From assembly GCA_964291495.2 (NCBI GenBank), contig OZ219872.1, positions 704,001 through 768,000 of the forward strand: a DNA stretch of 64,000 bases, given 5' to 3'. How positions within the stretch are numbered: the stretch's first letter is position 1; each line of letters starts with the position of its first letter. The translations under genes and the position numbers were made by a program. The notes beneath the pieces were generated by a model. It was not told the origin of the DNA, did no database searches, and saw only the letters and a program-made list of their open reading frames with translations. This document shows, piece by piece, positions 10,556 to 20,322 of this stretch. Source of the DNA: Dehalococcoidia bacterium (GTDB lineage: Bacteria; Chloroflexota; Dehalococcoidia; UBA2979).

Positions 10556-11440
10556 TCAGCCGATCGCGATCGCGGTGGCGGCGAGGAAGATCACCTGCAC
10601 GACGGCCGCCGCCGCAAAGACGAGGCGCCCGGCCACGCGCTCGCGAGCGTGCACCAGCACCCCGATCACCAGCCCGGCGACGAGGATGGCGGTGGCGGCG
10701 CTCCCCATCTCCAGCAGCGTGTGGCGCGCGATGAACTCCGAGGCCTCGCCGGCGGTGAGGTGCAGCGGAACCGTTGTCGGCACGGCGCTGTGGCGGAGGG
10801 CGATCTGCAGCCAAACGGAAACGCCGCCGAGCACGGCGAGAAGGACGATCAGCAGCGCGATGCGGTCGTTCGTGCGCAGCAACGCGGGACCGCCGCGGCG
10901 CACCTGGTGCTGCAGCCGGGCGGTCGGACCAAGTTCCTGCCGGATCAGCACCTCCCGCGCGAACTCCTGCGGATCCTCGATCGTGAGGGCGTACGTCTGC
11001 TGCGCGGTCACCACGTAGACCAGCTGCTCCGGAAGGCGGCCGCTGGCATAGCACAGCACCGGGCCGATCGGCTCGACGATCGCCCGCCCGATCTGGCTCC
11101 CCCACCAGGAGACGCCTCCCGGACGCGGGATGGCGACGGCGCTGGCCGGCACGAGCCGTTCGATCGAGCCGAGCGGAATCACCTGTTGCGTCCAGCCCCA
11201 GCGAATCAGCAGCGCGTTGCGGTCCAGGTCATAGGACAGCGTCCACAACGCCCAGGTCCAGTAGCCGAACAGCACCGCGATTACCGCCGCCACCAGCGAG
11301 GCGCTGTAGGCGAGCCAGCCCTCGAAGCCGAGCTCCCGGCCCACACCGATCGCCAACAGCAGCAGCGCGGCGGCGAGCGCCCAGCCGGTGAGCAGGCTGC
11401 CCGCGACGAGGCCGGGGGTGCGAGCCGGTCGGTACTGCAT
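10556..11440 (-). CDS. Membrane protein with probable bacterial PH domain
   Basis: Two N-terminal TM helices, then LSYDLDRNALLIRWG...IPLGSI...YALTIEDP (bPH-like) and three further TM segments. Confidence 0.65.
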   Translation of the reverse strand: MQYRPARTPGLVAGSLLTGWALAAALLLLAIGVGRELGFEGWLAYSASLVAAVIAVLFGYWTWALWTLSYDLDRNALLIRWGWTQQVIPLGSIERLVPASAVAIPRPGGVSWWGSQIGRAIVEPIGPVLCYASGRLPEQLVYVVTAQQTYALTIEDPQEFAREVLIRQELGPTARLQHQVRRGGPALLRTNDRIALLIVLLAVLGGVSVWLQIALRHSAVPTTVPLHLTAGEASEFIARHTLLEMGSAATAILVAGLVIGVLVHARERVAGRLVFAAAAVVQVIFLAATAIAIG

Positions 11441-11490
11441 CGGTCCTGTCGAGCCGCCTCGCCGCGGGTCTCAGCGCCGGCGCGCCGCCG

Positions 11491-12429
11491 TCATGCGCCG
11501 ACGGCGGCGCCGGAGTAGACGGGCGTCAGCCACTCGGCGTACTGGGGGAGGCGGCCGGTGATCGCCTGGAAGTAGCGGTTCTGGAGCTGCATCGTGACCG
11601 GCCCCGGACGCCCGTCGCCGACCGGCACGCGGTCGACCTCGACCACGGGCGTGACGTGCGCGGCGGTGCCCGTCATGAACACCTCGTCGGCGATGTAGAG
11701 CTCGGAGCGGTCGATCGTGCGCTCCTCGACCTCGATGCCAAGCTCCTCGCGCGCGATCTGCAACGCGGTCTCCAGCGTGATGCCCTCGAGGATGTTGTCC
11801 TGCGGCGGTGGGGTGATGATCCGGCCGCGACGCAGGATCACGATGTTCTCGCCGGAACCCTCGGAGACGTGGCCGTCCTGGTTGAGCAGGATCCCCTCGT
11901 CGAAGCCGGAGAGCTGCGCCTCCGTCTTCGCCATCGCGTTGTTGACGTAGAGCCCGTTCACCTTCGCCCGCGCCGGAATCGAGGTGTCGTCCACGCGCCG
12001 CCAGGACGAGGTCATGCAGCGCGCGCCCGCCTCGGGGTCCAGGTAGGCGCCGAACGGCGCGAGGAAGAGCAGGTAGTCGTCCTGCAGGTCGTGCATGCGG
12101 ACCCCGAGCGCCTCGGTGGACTTGTAGACGATCGGGCGAATGTAGACGTCCTCGCGGAACTCGCTGCGTACGGCCAGCTCGTGGATCTGGCCGACCAGCT
12201 CGTCGTCGCTCGCCGTCAGCTCCATGCGCATGATCTTCGCGCTCTGGCGCAGGCGCTCGACGTGCTCACGCACGCGGAAGAGGTAGAGCTCGCCCTGGTC
12301 GTCGTTCCAGTTACCGCGGATGCCCTCGAATACGGCGGTTCCGTAGTTGAAGGCGTGGGTCATGATGCCGATCTTCGCGTCCGCGAGCGGCATGAACTCG
12401 CCGCGGATGTACGCCATCGGTATCGACAT
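11491..12429 (-). CDS. ilvE: Branched-chain amino acid aminotransferase
   Basis: Real start MSIPMAYI at 12429; HAFNYGTAVFEGIRG, AKVNGLY, EGSGEN, ILEGIT, FMTGTAA. Confidence 0.95.
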   Translation of the reverse strand: MSIPMAYIRGEFMPLADAKIGIMTHAFNYGTAVFEGIRGNWNDDQGELYLFRVREHVERLRQSAKIMRMELTASDDELVGQIHELAVRSEFREDVYIRPIVYKSTEALGVRMHDLQDDYLLFLAPFGAYLDPEAGARCMTSSWRRVDDTSIPARAKVNGLYVNNAMAKTEAQLSGFDEGILLNQDGHVSEGSGENIVILRRGRIITPPPQDNILEGITLETALQIAREELGIEVEERTIDRSELYIADEVFMTGTAAHVTPVVEVDRVPVGDGRPGPVTMQLQNRYFQAITGRLPQYAEWLTPVYSGAAVGA

Positions 12430-12588
12430 TCGTGTGCTCCAGCCGTCGCCGCGATGTAGGGCGATGATATGGGCCGCGCGGATCGAGCGGCAACCGCCCG
12501 CACGGGGCTGCGCCGTCCCGGGCGCGCTATGCTCGCCTCCCGACAAGCGCGCAACGAAGCGCGCACGGCGCAGCAGGAGGGCGGGGCG

Positions 12589-13446
12589 ATGCCCAGACTT
12601 AGCGAGAGCTTCACCATCGGCGGACTCGAGATCGCGGCGCTCAGCGACGGCGCGCCCGAGCGCGCCCTCGGCGGCTTCTTCCGCGACGTGGATCCCGCGG
12701 CCTGGACGAGCGCGATCGGCATCACAGACCCCGAGGACCCCGTGCCCTTCAACTTCGGCTCGTTCCTGATCCGCGGCGACGGCCACCTCACGCTGATCGA
12801 CAGCGGCTACGGCGTGCCCGCGCTCGCGATGGGCATCCCCGGCGGCGGTGAGCTGCCGCAACGCATCGCCGAGGTCGGCGTGGGGCTCGAGGAGATCGAC
12901 CGCGTGATCCACACGCACCTGCACGGCGACCACGTCGGCTGGAACATCCACGACAACGAGGACGACCGGTTGATGTTCCCCAACGCGACCTTCTACGTGC
13001 ACGAGAACGAGCTGAACTACTGGACCAGCAGCGCCTCCGACGACAATCCGATGGCGGAGAACGTGCGGCGCCGCATCAACCCCGTCGTCGCGGCCGGCCG
13101 CGTCGAGACCACCGAGGGCGAGTACGCCGTCAGCGAGGCGCTCACGATGATCCCCGCGCCGGGCCACACGCCCGGCCACTGCACCGTCCTCGCCGCCTCG
13201 CGGGGGACCAACCTGCTACTGCTCGGCGACGCGGCGCACCACCCCGTCCACCTCGAGCACCACGACTGGATCCCGCAGGTCGACCTCGATCCGGCCGAGT
13301 CCACGCGATCGCGCGGCAAGATCGCGCGGCTGGCGGTCGAGAAGGAGGCGATCGTGACTAGCGGTCACTTCCCGATTCTCTCGCTCGGCTGCATCCGCGA
13401 GGTCGAGGGCGGCTACAGGTGGGAGCTGATCGAGGAGCTCGGCTAG
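12589..13446 (+). CDS. MBL-fold metallo-hydrolase (lactonase/YtnP-like)
   Basis: THLHGDHVG, PGHTPGH, GDAAH, GHF; SD AGGAGG before ATG 12589. Confidence 0.9.
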   Translation: MPRLSESFTIGGLEIAALSDGAPERALGGFFRDVDPAAWTSAIGITDPEDPVPFNFGSFLIRGDGHLTLIDSGYGVPALAMGIPGGGELPQRIAEVGVGLEEIDRVIHTHLHGDHVGWNIHDNEDDRLMFPNATFYVHENELNYWTSSASDDNPMAENVRRRINPVVAAGRVETTEGEYAVSEALTMIPAPGHTPGHCTVLAASRGTNLLLLGDAAHHPVHLEHHDWIPQVDLDPAESTRSRGKIARLAVEKEAIVTSGHFPILSLGCIREVEGGYRWELIEELG

Positions 13447-14075
13447 CCGCCCTGCCCCCCTCGAGGTTCGCGCCACATCGGCCACAGCGAGGGGCCGCCG
13501 TCCGGCAGCTCGACACGCGCACTGACGGCGAAGCCGTGCCGCTCGTAGAGCGGGAGGTTGCGCTCCCTCGTGCTGATCAGGGATGCCGGTATCCCCTCCC
13601 GATCGCAGCGCTCGAGGACGGCGCGGATCAGCCGCGAGCCGAGCCCGCCGCGCTGCACTGCGGGCAGCACGCCGATCGCGCCGAGGTAGAAGTTTGGCGG
13701 CTCCGTGGGGTGGTGCTCCGCCATCAGGTCCGCGAACTGCGCGAAGCGCCGACGACCCTCCGGCGTGTCGCAGATCTCGGAGGCGAGGCGTTCGCGTCCG
13801 TCGGGATCGGGTGGCGGCCCCTCGTAGCCGGGAGGCTGCCACACCGCCGCGCCGCGTCCATCCGCGAGGATGTAGCACTCGCCGTGCTCGCGCACGGCGC
13901 GCTCCACGCCGCCTCGCAGCAGCCGCTCGGTCGCCTCACCGTGCCGCTCGTCCTGGCGGATAAACCAGTTGAACACCGGGTCGTCGTCGAAGGCAGCGGC
14001 GAGGATCCGCGAGACCGTCGCGATGTCGGCCTCGCCGGCGCGGCGCACCTCCACCTGCGCGGCGGGCGAGTTCAC
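13443..14075 (-). CDS. GNAT family N-acetyltransferase
   Basis: YLGAIGVLPAVQRGGLGSRL, NLPLYERHGF. Confidence 0.88.
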   Translation of the reverse strand: MNSPAAQVEVRRAGEADIATVSRILAAAFDDDPVFNWFIRQDERHGEATERLLRGGVERAVREHGECYILADGRGAAVWQPPGYEGPPPDPDGRERLASEICDTPEGRRRFAQFADLMAEHHPTEPPNFYLGAIGVLPAVQRGGLGSRLIRAVLERCDREGIPASLISTRERNLPLYERHGFAVSARVELPDGGPSLWPMWREPRGGQGG

Positions 14076-15370
14076 GCCAGCGCCGGCTCGCGCACCACCG
14101 GCGCCGCCTGCTGCCCGTACGGCAGCACGCCGATGCTCGCCGGCCGGCCCTCACGCGCCTCGATCTCCGAGGCGAGCGCCGCGACCGTCTCGCCCACGTC
14201 GGCGCAGTAGCGCAGGTGCGTGGCGCGCGTTTCGTCCTCGTCGAGGGAGGAGTGGAGCCAGACCGTGCCGCGCTCCTGTGCGAGCGCCTGCAGCTGCGCC
14301 TGCCACTGCTCCTCGACCGTCGTCCAGGCGCCGCCGCGCATCGCCTCGAGCAGCTCGAGGTGGCTGCCGTAGCGCGTCAGCAGCACGCCGTACTCGCCGT
14401 GCCCGACGCCCTCGATGCACTCGGCGGCGAGGATCAGGTGGCCGCCGGGGCGCAGCGCCCGCGCCGCGACGGCGATGCCCTTGACCGACTGGTAGAGGTC
14501 GAGATCGGCGGGGTAGCCACCGTTGCTCGTCACGACGACGTCGTACGGCTCGTCGATCTCGACGATCGCCTGGCGGCGGCAGTGCTCGATGCCTGCATCG
14601 TGCGCGGCGACCAGCTCGCCCGCGAAGACGCCGGTCACGCGCTGCTCGGCGTCCATCGTGACGTTGAGCAGGAAGCACTCCCCGGCGAGCAACGCGAAGC
14701 GGCGCATCTCCTCGAAGATCGGGTTGCCCTCACTGATCCCGAAGGTTGCGTTGGGGTGACCGACCATAGAGGCGGAGTGGTTGGACATCACGGTCTCGCG
14801 CCCGGCGATGCCGGGCATCACGCCCTTGCCGCCGCCCGAGTAGCCGGCGAAGAGGTGCGGCTCGATGAAGCCGGTGACGATGCGCAGATCGGCGTCGAGG
14901 TAGTCACCGCGGATCAGCACAGGCTCGCCTCGCGGGTCCGTCGCGATCTGCCGCAGCGCCGAGGTCTCCCGCGAGTCGTGGTTGACGATGCGGTAGCGGC
15001 GCACGATCTCCTCGCCGTACATCTCGGCCAACTCCTCGGCCGTGTTGCCGCGGTGCATCCCCGTGCCGTTGAGGATCAGCACGTCCTCGACGGCTACGCC
15101 GGCGGCGTGGAGCGTCTCCAGCAGCGCGTCCAGCAGCAGCTCGTTCGGTACCGGCCTCGTCAGGTCCGAGGTCACGATCGCGACCCGCTTGCCGGGCGCT
15201 GCGAGGGCCGAGAGCGGCGGCCCGGCGATCGGCTCGCGCAACGCCGAGCGCACGGCGGCGGGCGCATCGGCGAGCGGCGGTTGCTCGTGCGGCGCGATCA
15301 CCTCGGCCGCGTCCGGGAACGCGACATCGAGGCCCGTGCGGCCGTAGGCGAGACGGATGTTGCGCGGCAT
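14072..15370 (-). CDS. larA: Nickel-pincer-dependent lactate racemase family protein
   Basis: SDLTRP, GTGMHR, IVNHD, EPHLFAGYSGGGKGVMPG, MSNHS, GYPADLDLYQSVKG. Confidence 0.9.
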   Translation of the reverse strand: MPRNIRLAYGRTGLDVAFPDAAEVIAPHEQPPLADAPAAVRSALREPIAGPPLSALAAPGKRVAIVTSDLTRPVPNELLLDALLETLHAAGVAVEDVLILNGTGMHRGNTAEELAEMYGEEIVRRYRIVNHDSRETSALRQIATDPRGEPVLIRGDYLDADLRIVTGFIEPHLFAGYSGGGKGVMPGIAGRETVMSNHSASMVGHPNATFGISEGNPIFEEMRRFALLAGECFLLNVTMDAEQRVTGVFAGELVAAHDAGIEHCRRQAIVEIDEPYDVVVTSNGGYPADLDLYQSVKGIAVAARALRPGGHLILAAECIEGVGHGEYGVLLTRYGSHLELLEAMRGGAWTTVEEQWQAQLQALAQERGTVWLHSSLDEDETRATHLRYCADVGETVAALASEIEAREGRPASIGVLPYGQQAAPVVREPALA

Positions 15371-15415
15371 GGCTCCATCCTAATACGCGGAGCGCGATTG
15401 GCAGGCCGCGCGCCT

Positions 15416-15755
15416 GCCCTCGATCCGGCCCCCTCGCCTGGGGGTGAGGGTTATCCGCCCCCCTCTCCTGGGGGAGAGGGTTGGGGTGAGGGGGCTCGCC
15501 GGACCTTCGCCGCCCGCGGAACGTTCGTGCGCCCTCGATCCGACCCCCTCTCCTGGGGGAGAGGGTTGGGGTGAGGGGGCTCGCCGGACCGTTCGCCGCC
15601 CGCGGAAGGCTCGTGCGCCCTCGATCCGGCCCCCTCTCCCGGGGGAGAGGGTTGGGGTGATTGGGGTGAGGGGGCTCGCCGGACCGTTCGCCGCCTGCGG
15701 AAGGCTCGTGCGCCCTCGACAGTCCGACGTGGGGGTGTGGGGGCTCTGCCCCACG
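15416..15755. repeat. Tandem array of BoxC-like units (about 86-95 bp) ending in a GGGGGTGTGGGG..CCCCAC hairpin element
   Basis: Repeated CCCCTCTCC(T/C)GGGGGAGAGGGTTGGGGTGAGGGGGCTCGCCGGACC; GTGCGCCCTCGA recurs at 15527, 15613 and 15708. Confidence 0.9.
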
Positions 15756-15763
15756 AAAGGGCA

Positions 15764-16258
15764 TCAAAAGATGATGCTGACTGCTCCGTGCCAGGACAGG
15801 GCTTCCAGATCCAGCACCGCGCGGCGGTAGGCGATTCTCAACTCCCCGTTGTCTCGCCGCAGGATGTAGTGGACGCTGCCGACGAAGGGCGCTCCTTCGC
15901 CGCTGCGGAACCGGTAGACCATGACGTTTGCCGTGACCGACAGCTCGCCGTCTCCCGTTTCCGCCACCCGCACGTTGGAGACAAACCGGCGGGTACGCGA
16001 CCACGGATACTCGCGGTGAGCATGGCGGCTGTTCAACCGCACCGCCCGGGCGCGCAGACGGGTGATGTCGTCGTCTATGAAGACCAGGTCGCGCTTCGGG
16101 TCACCCTCCGGCAAGTCGGTGGTGGGGACCACGTACCGGCCATCTTCGGTAAACAAACCGACCCAATCGTCCAGGCGCCAGTCATCGAGGAGCTCCGCCT
16201 CCCTGAACAGGAAGTCCTCCACCAATTCGCGCAGCGAGGGCGTGTGATCGGTTGTCAT
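15764..16258 (-). CDS. Aromatic ring-hydroxylating dioxygenase beta subunit
   Basis: VEDFLFREAELLDDW, EYPWSRTRRFVSNV; ATG at 16258; directly downstream of the alpha subunit. Confidence 0.93.
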   Translation of the reverse strand: MTTDHTPSLRELVEDFLFREAELLDDWRLDDWVGLFTEDGRYVVPTTDLPEGDPKRDLVFIDDDITRLRARAVRLNSRHAHREYPWSRTRRFVSNVRVAETGDGELSVTANVMVYRFRSGEGAPFVGSVHYILRRDNGELRIAYRRAVLDLEALSWHGAVSIIF

Positions 16259-16295
16259 CGTTCCACTTATCCAGCGGGCCCTGAACGCGGCTGTG

Positions 16296-17618
16296 TCAGT
16301 CGTCCGTTGCCAGCGCGGGTTCTGCTTCCAGCGGCGGGCCGTCCTGTACATCGGCGTGGCTCAAGCCCTGCATATGGGCGTGCCATTGCCGCCAGAAGCC
16401 GCGCATTTGCAGTTCGTCCGACGTTCCCGGGTCGGGTTTCAGCATACCCCTGGAGATGTCGGACCACTCGACCTCGGTGGCGCGGTAGCCGGCCTGACAT
16501 GATTCCAGAGCTTCCACGTCATCGGGGGTGGCAAAACCGCTCGGCCCCAGGAAGGTGAGGAAGCTGTCCAGCCGGGTGGCGAGCATGGCGTCCGACTCCA
16601 CCTTCGGGACCAGGTGCCAGGCGGTGACGTCCATGCTGTCGGGCGCCAGGGGTTCGAAGTACCTGATCGTGATGGCCACGAAGTCGTTGATGACCAGGTT
16701 GGGATAGATGAGCAGATTCCTCGAGGTGTCGGCCATCTGGTAGGCGCGCTCTTCCCCGTACTTCTCCACCAACCGCTGGCGGACCTGTGCGATTGGCTCC
16801 CTGGCCTCCTCGCCGAACAGCGGGTGCCAGTGGGCGATGGGGCGACCGTTCCGGGCGATGTTCTCCGCCACGCAGTGCCCGTTGCCCAGGGCTCTCGATG
16901 CGCCGGGAGGGCGTGCATCCAGTGTGACCCCGCTGTCGTCGGTTCCGAGACTGCTCATGTAGTCGAGGTATGTCTGGTGCGTCGGCACCAGGTGATACCC
17001 GTCGAGGCTGTTCTCCGCCAGCAACTTCCAGTTGGCCTTGATGGCGTACTTGTTGGAGCCGGCGACCACCCGCATTCCTTCTTCGACCGGGTCCACGATC
17101 AGGTCCAGGTAGTCCCTGGCCCCCGCGAGGTAGGTGACCAGGTCTTCGACATGGGCGTTGAAGCTCACGAAGATGAAGCCCCTGTAGCTCTCGACCCTGG
17201 GCGGCTGCTTCAGGCCCAGCTCGCTGCGGTCGAACGAGGGCCCGTAGGCGTCTTCGCCGGGGACGCCAATCAGATCTCCGTTCGTGTCGAATGTCCACGC
17301 GTGATAGAAGCACTGGAGGACCTCGGCGTTCCCCTTGTCGTGGCGGCAGATCAGGGCGCCCCGGTGGGGGCAGGTGTTGAGGAACACCCGCACCTCGCCG
17401 TCCTTGCCACGAGCGAAGAAGAGTGGCCGCCCGGCCACCGTGCGGCGGCGGTAGTCGCCGGGTTCCTCCACCTCCGACTCGTGCCCCAGGTAGATCCAGC
17501 ACCGGTTGAAGATCAGCTCGCGTTCCCGCTGGAATAACTCGTCGGAGGTCATGGCGGACCGGTGGACCCTGAACATCCCTCTCTCACGGTCGTCGATGAT
17601 CAGGTTTCTTATCTCCAT
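16296..17618 (-). CDS. Aromatic ring-hydroxylating dioxygenase alpha subunit, p-cumate 2,3-dioxygenase (CmtAb)-like
   Basis: Rieske CPHRG...CFYHAW, mononuclear Fe motif NWKLLAENSLDGYH....H, and FLGPSGFATPDDVEALESCQ and DELQMRGFW as I recall from CmtAb. Confidence 0.92.
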   Translation of the reverse strand: MEIRNLIIDDRERGMFRVHRSAMTSDELFQRERELIFNRCWIYLGHESEVEEPGDYRRRTVAGRPLFFARGKDGEVRVFLNTCPHRGALICRHDKGNAEVLQCFYHAWTFDTNGDLIGVPGEDAYGPSFDRSELGLKQPPRVESYRGFIFVSFNAHVEDLVTYLAGARDYLDLIVDPVEEGMRVVAGSNKYAIKANWKLLAENSLDGYHLVPTHQTYLDYMSSLGTDDSGVTLDARPPGASRALGNGHCVAENIARNGRPIAHWHPLFGEEAREPIAQVRQRLVEKYGEERAYQMADTSRNLLIYPNLVINDFVAITIRYFEPLAPDSMDVTAWHLVPKVESDAMLATRLDSFLTFLGPSGFATPDDVEALESCQAGYRATEVEWSDISRGMLKPDPGTSDELQMRGFWRQWHAHMQGLSHADVQDGPPLEAEPALATDD

Positions 17619-17660
17619 AGCCCCCACCTGTATCCCCCGCGGCGGCCCGAATCTGCTGCC

Positions 17661-17688
17661 AGCCTAGAATCCTCTCCGGGGCTGTCAA
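17661..17688 (-). promoter_or_regulatory. Sigma70-type promoter for the dioxygenase pair
   Basis: TTGACA (17688-17683), 16 nt spacer, TAGGCT (17666-17661). Confidence 0.6.
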
Positions 17689-17799
17689 CAAGAGGGTTCA
17701 GGGCCTATCGGGACCGTTACGAGGCCATCGCTGGCTCCCCCCACGACCTCGATCCGCCTGCGGAGCGCGCTCCCTACGGCGTGTGGCGGGCTGCGCCCG

Positions 17800-17960
17800 C
17801 TCCCCCTCACCCGCCAGGGGAGAGGGGGCCGGATCGCTGATGCCCCGGCTGGATTCCGGCTTTCGCCGGAATGACGGGAAGGGGGGCGGGAATGACGAAG
17901 GCGCCGGACGCTCCCTCACCCTCCTCCCTCTCCCGCGGGGAGAGGGACCGGATCCGGCCT
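17800..17960. repeat. BoxC-like repeats flanking a GTCATTCCGGCGAAAGCCGGAATCCA (RPE/dRS3-like) palindrome
   Basis: CCCTCACC...GGGGAGAGGG copies near 17803 and 17913; TGGATTCCGGCTTTCGCCGGAATGAC at 17850-17875. Confidence 0.8.
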
Positions 17961-18008
17961 CGAGAGGTTGGTGCGCCCTCGGAAGCTCCGGGCTGCTAGC
18001 CTCGATCG

Positions 18009-18833
18009 GTGGACGAGTATCTGAGGGCTGCGCTGCTCGGACTCGTGCAGGCGCTGACTGAGTTCCTGCCGATCTCCTCCTCAGGCCACCTCGTGGTGGC
18101 CTCCGAGCTGTTCGGCGACGAGCTCAACGACCTCACCTTCGACGTCGGCCTGCACCTCGGCACGACGCTCGCCGTGCTGCTCTACTTCCGCCGCGACTGG
18201 GTGCTGTTCGGCGCGAGTCTGGGCCGCGACCTGAGTGCGCACGGAGGGAGCATCGGGAGCTGGCGTCCACGCTCGCGGCTCGCGCTGCTGATCGCGCTCG
18301 GCTCCCTCCCCGCCTTTGCCGTCGGCGCAGCCTTCGCTCTCACGCTCGAGGACGGACTGCGCGAGCCGGTGCTGGTCGGCGTCATGCTGATCGCCGTCGG
18401 GCTGGCAATCTGGGCGCTCGACCGCGCAGCGCAGTCGCGAGGGCTGCGCGACCTCGGCGCACCGGGGGCGCTGCTGATCGGCGTGGCGCAGGCCACGGCG
18501 CTCGTCCCGGGCGTCTCGCGCTCCGGGGCAACGATCGCGGCCGCGCGAGGGCTCGGCCTGCGCCGCGAGGCCGCGACGCGCTTCTCGTTCCTGCTCTCCG
18601 CGCCGGTGGTGGTAGGCGCGGCGGCCGCGCTGCTCGGCGAGGCGATCCTCGGCGGCGAGGAGGTCGCCTGGGGCCCGCTGCTGTTCGGGGCGCTGGTCGC
18701 GGCGGTCGTCGGGATGGCGGTGATCCGCTGGCTGCTGCGGTTCGTGCGCCGCCACAGCCTCGCCGTCTTCGTCTGGTACCGCCTCGCGGCCGGCGTCGCG
18801 GTGCTCGCCGCCGTCGCGGCGGGCGTGCTGTAG
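18009..18833 (+). CDS. uppP: Undecaprenyl-diphosphate phosphatase (BacA)
   Basis: GLVQALTEFLPISSSGH, PGVSRSGATI, FSFLLSAP. Confidence 0.95.
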   Translation: MDEYLRAALLGLVQALTEFLPISSSGHLVVASELFGDELNDLTFDVGLHLGTTLAVLLYFRRDWVLFGASLGRDLSAHGGSIGSWRPRSRLALLIALGSLPAFAVGAAFALTLEDGLREPVLVGVMLIAVGLAIWALDRAAQSRGLRDLGAPGALLIGVAQATALVPGVSRSGATIAAARGLGLRREAATRFSFLLSAPVVVGAAAALLGEAILGGEEVAWGPLLFGALVAAVVGMAVIRWLLRFVRRHSLAVFVWYRLAAGVAVLAAVAAGVL

Positions 18834-18880
18834 CGCCGCGGGCTACCATCGGCGCGCGACCGCACGACGGCGAGGAACCG

Positions 18881-19699
18881 ATGAGCGACCTCGACAGCCT
18901 CGCGATGCCGGACCCGGACGGCCTGCTCGGCCGCCGCGCGCTGGTGATCGGCGCCGAGACCACGACCGGCAGGGCGATCGCGCGCGCCCTCGGCGAGGCG
19001 GGCGCGGACGTGGCGCTGGCGGTGCTGCGCCCCGACGAGGGCGTCCTGGTCGCTCGCAGGCTGCAGCGCGAGTTGCGCGAGCGCGGCCGCCAGGCCCTGA
19101 CCTACGCGATGGACGTGACGCTCGGGCGCAACGTACAGGTCACCACGCGCCAGGTCGCGAAGGAGCTGGGCGGCCTCGACCTGGTGGTGAGCGCGCCGGA
19201 CGAGGCCTTCCTCGCACCGCTCGCGCAGACCTCGGACGCGCAGCTCGCACAGACGATGACGCTCAACGGCTACGCGCACGCCTTCGCCGCGCGCTCCGCC
19301 TTCGACGAGTTCCGGCGGCAGAGCGAGGGCCCGCGCGCCTTCATCCTCGTCACGCACGCGCTCGGCGAACGCGCCGCCGAGGGCGCGGTCGCCATCTCGA
19401 TGTCGGCCGCGGCCGCCCTCGGGCTGCTGCGCGCGCTCGAGCTCGAGCACGGCGGCGGCGAGGTCGCCGCCGCCGGCCTGCTGCGCGGCGCGAGCCTGCC
19501 CGAGGACGCCGGAGCCACGCCCTCCGGCCTGCGCGAGGCGCTGGAGGCAACCGACGCCGCCGAGGCCGAGGCGCTCGGCCGGCTCGCCTGCGCCCTCGCC
19601 ACGGCCCCGCCGGCGGCGATCCACGGGCGTGTCTTCTCCGCCCTCGACGCGGCTGCCCTCGCCGAACCGGCGGCGGCGAGCGGAAGCGGCGCATCGTGA
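18881..19699 (+). CDS. SDR-fold protein lacking the catalytic YxxxK
   Basis: ALVIGAETTTGRAIARAL..AGADV, DVT, LGGLDLVV; the YxxxK position reads ISMSA. Confidence 0.75.
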   Translation: MSDLDSLAMPDPDGLLGRRALVIGAETTTGRAIARALGEAGADVALAVLRPDEGVLVARRLQRELRERGRQALTYAMDVTLGRNVQVTTRQVAKELGGLDLVVSAPDEAFLAPLAQTSDAQLAQTMTLNGYAHAFAARSAFDEFRRQSEGPRAFILVTHALGERAAEGAVAISMSAAAALGLLRALELEHGGGEVAAAGLLRGASLPEDAGATPSGLREALEATDAAEAEALGRLACALATAPPAAIHGRVFSALDAAALAEPAAASGSGAS

Positions 19700-20322
19700 C
19701 CGGCGGCGACCTCGCCGGGCGGCACGCCCTCGTCGCCGGGGCTGCCGAGGGGCTGGGCCGCGCCCTCGCGACCGGACTCGCGGCGGCAGGCGCCGACGTC
19801 TCCGTCACGACGCGTCACGACGACCCCGGCGAGGAGGTCACGGCGAACTCGATCCTCAACGAGTGCTGGAGCCATGGGCGCGAGGGGCGGGCGCTGCGGC
19901 TGGACCTCACCGACCTTGAAGCGGTCGTCGAGGCGTTCGTGCAGCTCGAGGAGGAGCTCGCGCCGATCGACCTGCTCGTCAGCCTCGCCTTCGACGCCCC
20001 GCCGCTACCGGCTGACAGCGCACCCGGCGACTGGAGCGCGGCGATCGAGGCGGGCGCGACGCCCGCGTTCGTGCTGGCGCGCGCGATCGGGCCCTCGATG
20101 GTCTCGCGCCGCACGGGGCTGATCGCGGCGGTCTTGCCCCCGGAGCCGGAGGCGCGCGCCGACGCACCGCTGCGCGCGGCGCGCGCCGCCGTCGTCGGGC
20201 TGTGCGAGGGGCTGGCGGCGGAGTGGGCCGAGAGCGGCGTCGCCGTCGAGTGGCTCGACGAGGCCGAGCCGGAGCAACTGCTCGCCCGGCTACGCTCCGG
20301 CGCGGACGGGACGACCTCGTGA
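19696..20322 (+). CDS. SDR-fold protein lacking the catalytic YxxxK
   Basis: LAGRHALVAGAAEGLGRALA, DLTD, IDLLV; the YxxxK position reads LRAAR; GTGA overlap with the previous gene. Confidence 0.75.
   Translation: MTGGDLAGRHALVAGAAEGLGRALATGLAAAGADVSVTTRHDDPGEEVTANSILNECWSHGREGRALRLDLTDLEAVVEAFVQLEEELAPIDLLVSLAFDAPPLPADSAPGDWSAAIEAGATPAFVLARAIGPSMVSRRTGLIAAVLPPEPEARADAPLRAARAAVVGLCEGLAAEWAESGVAVEWLDEAEPEQLLARLRSGADGTTS

Noticed and set aside
15416-15720. Possible CRISPR or telomere-like repeats
   Set aside because: These are tandem copies of the dispersed BoxC-like element; the intervening segments are themselves repeated.
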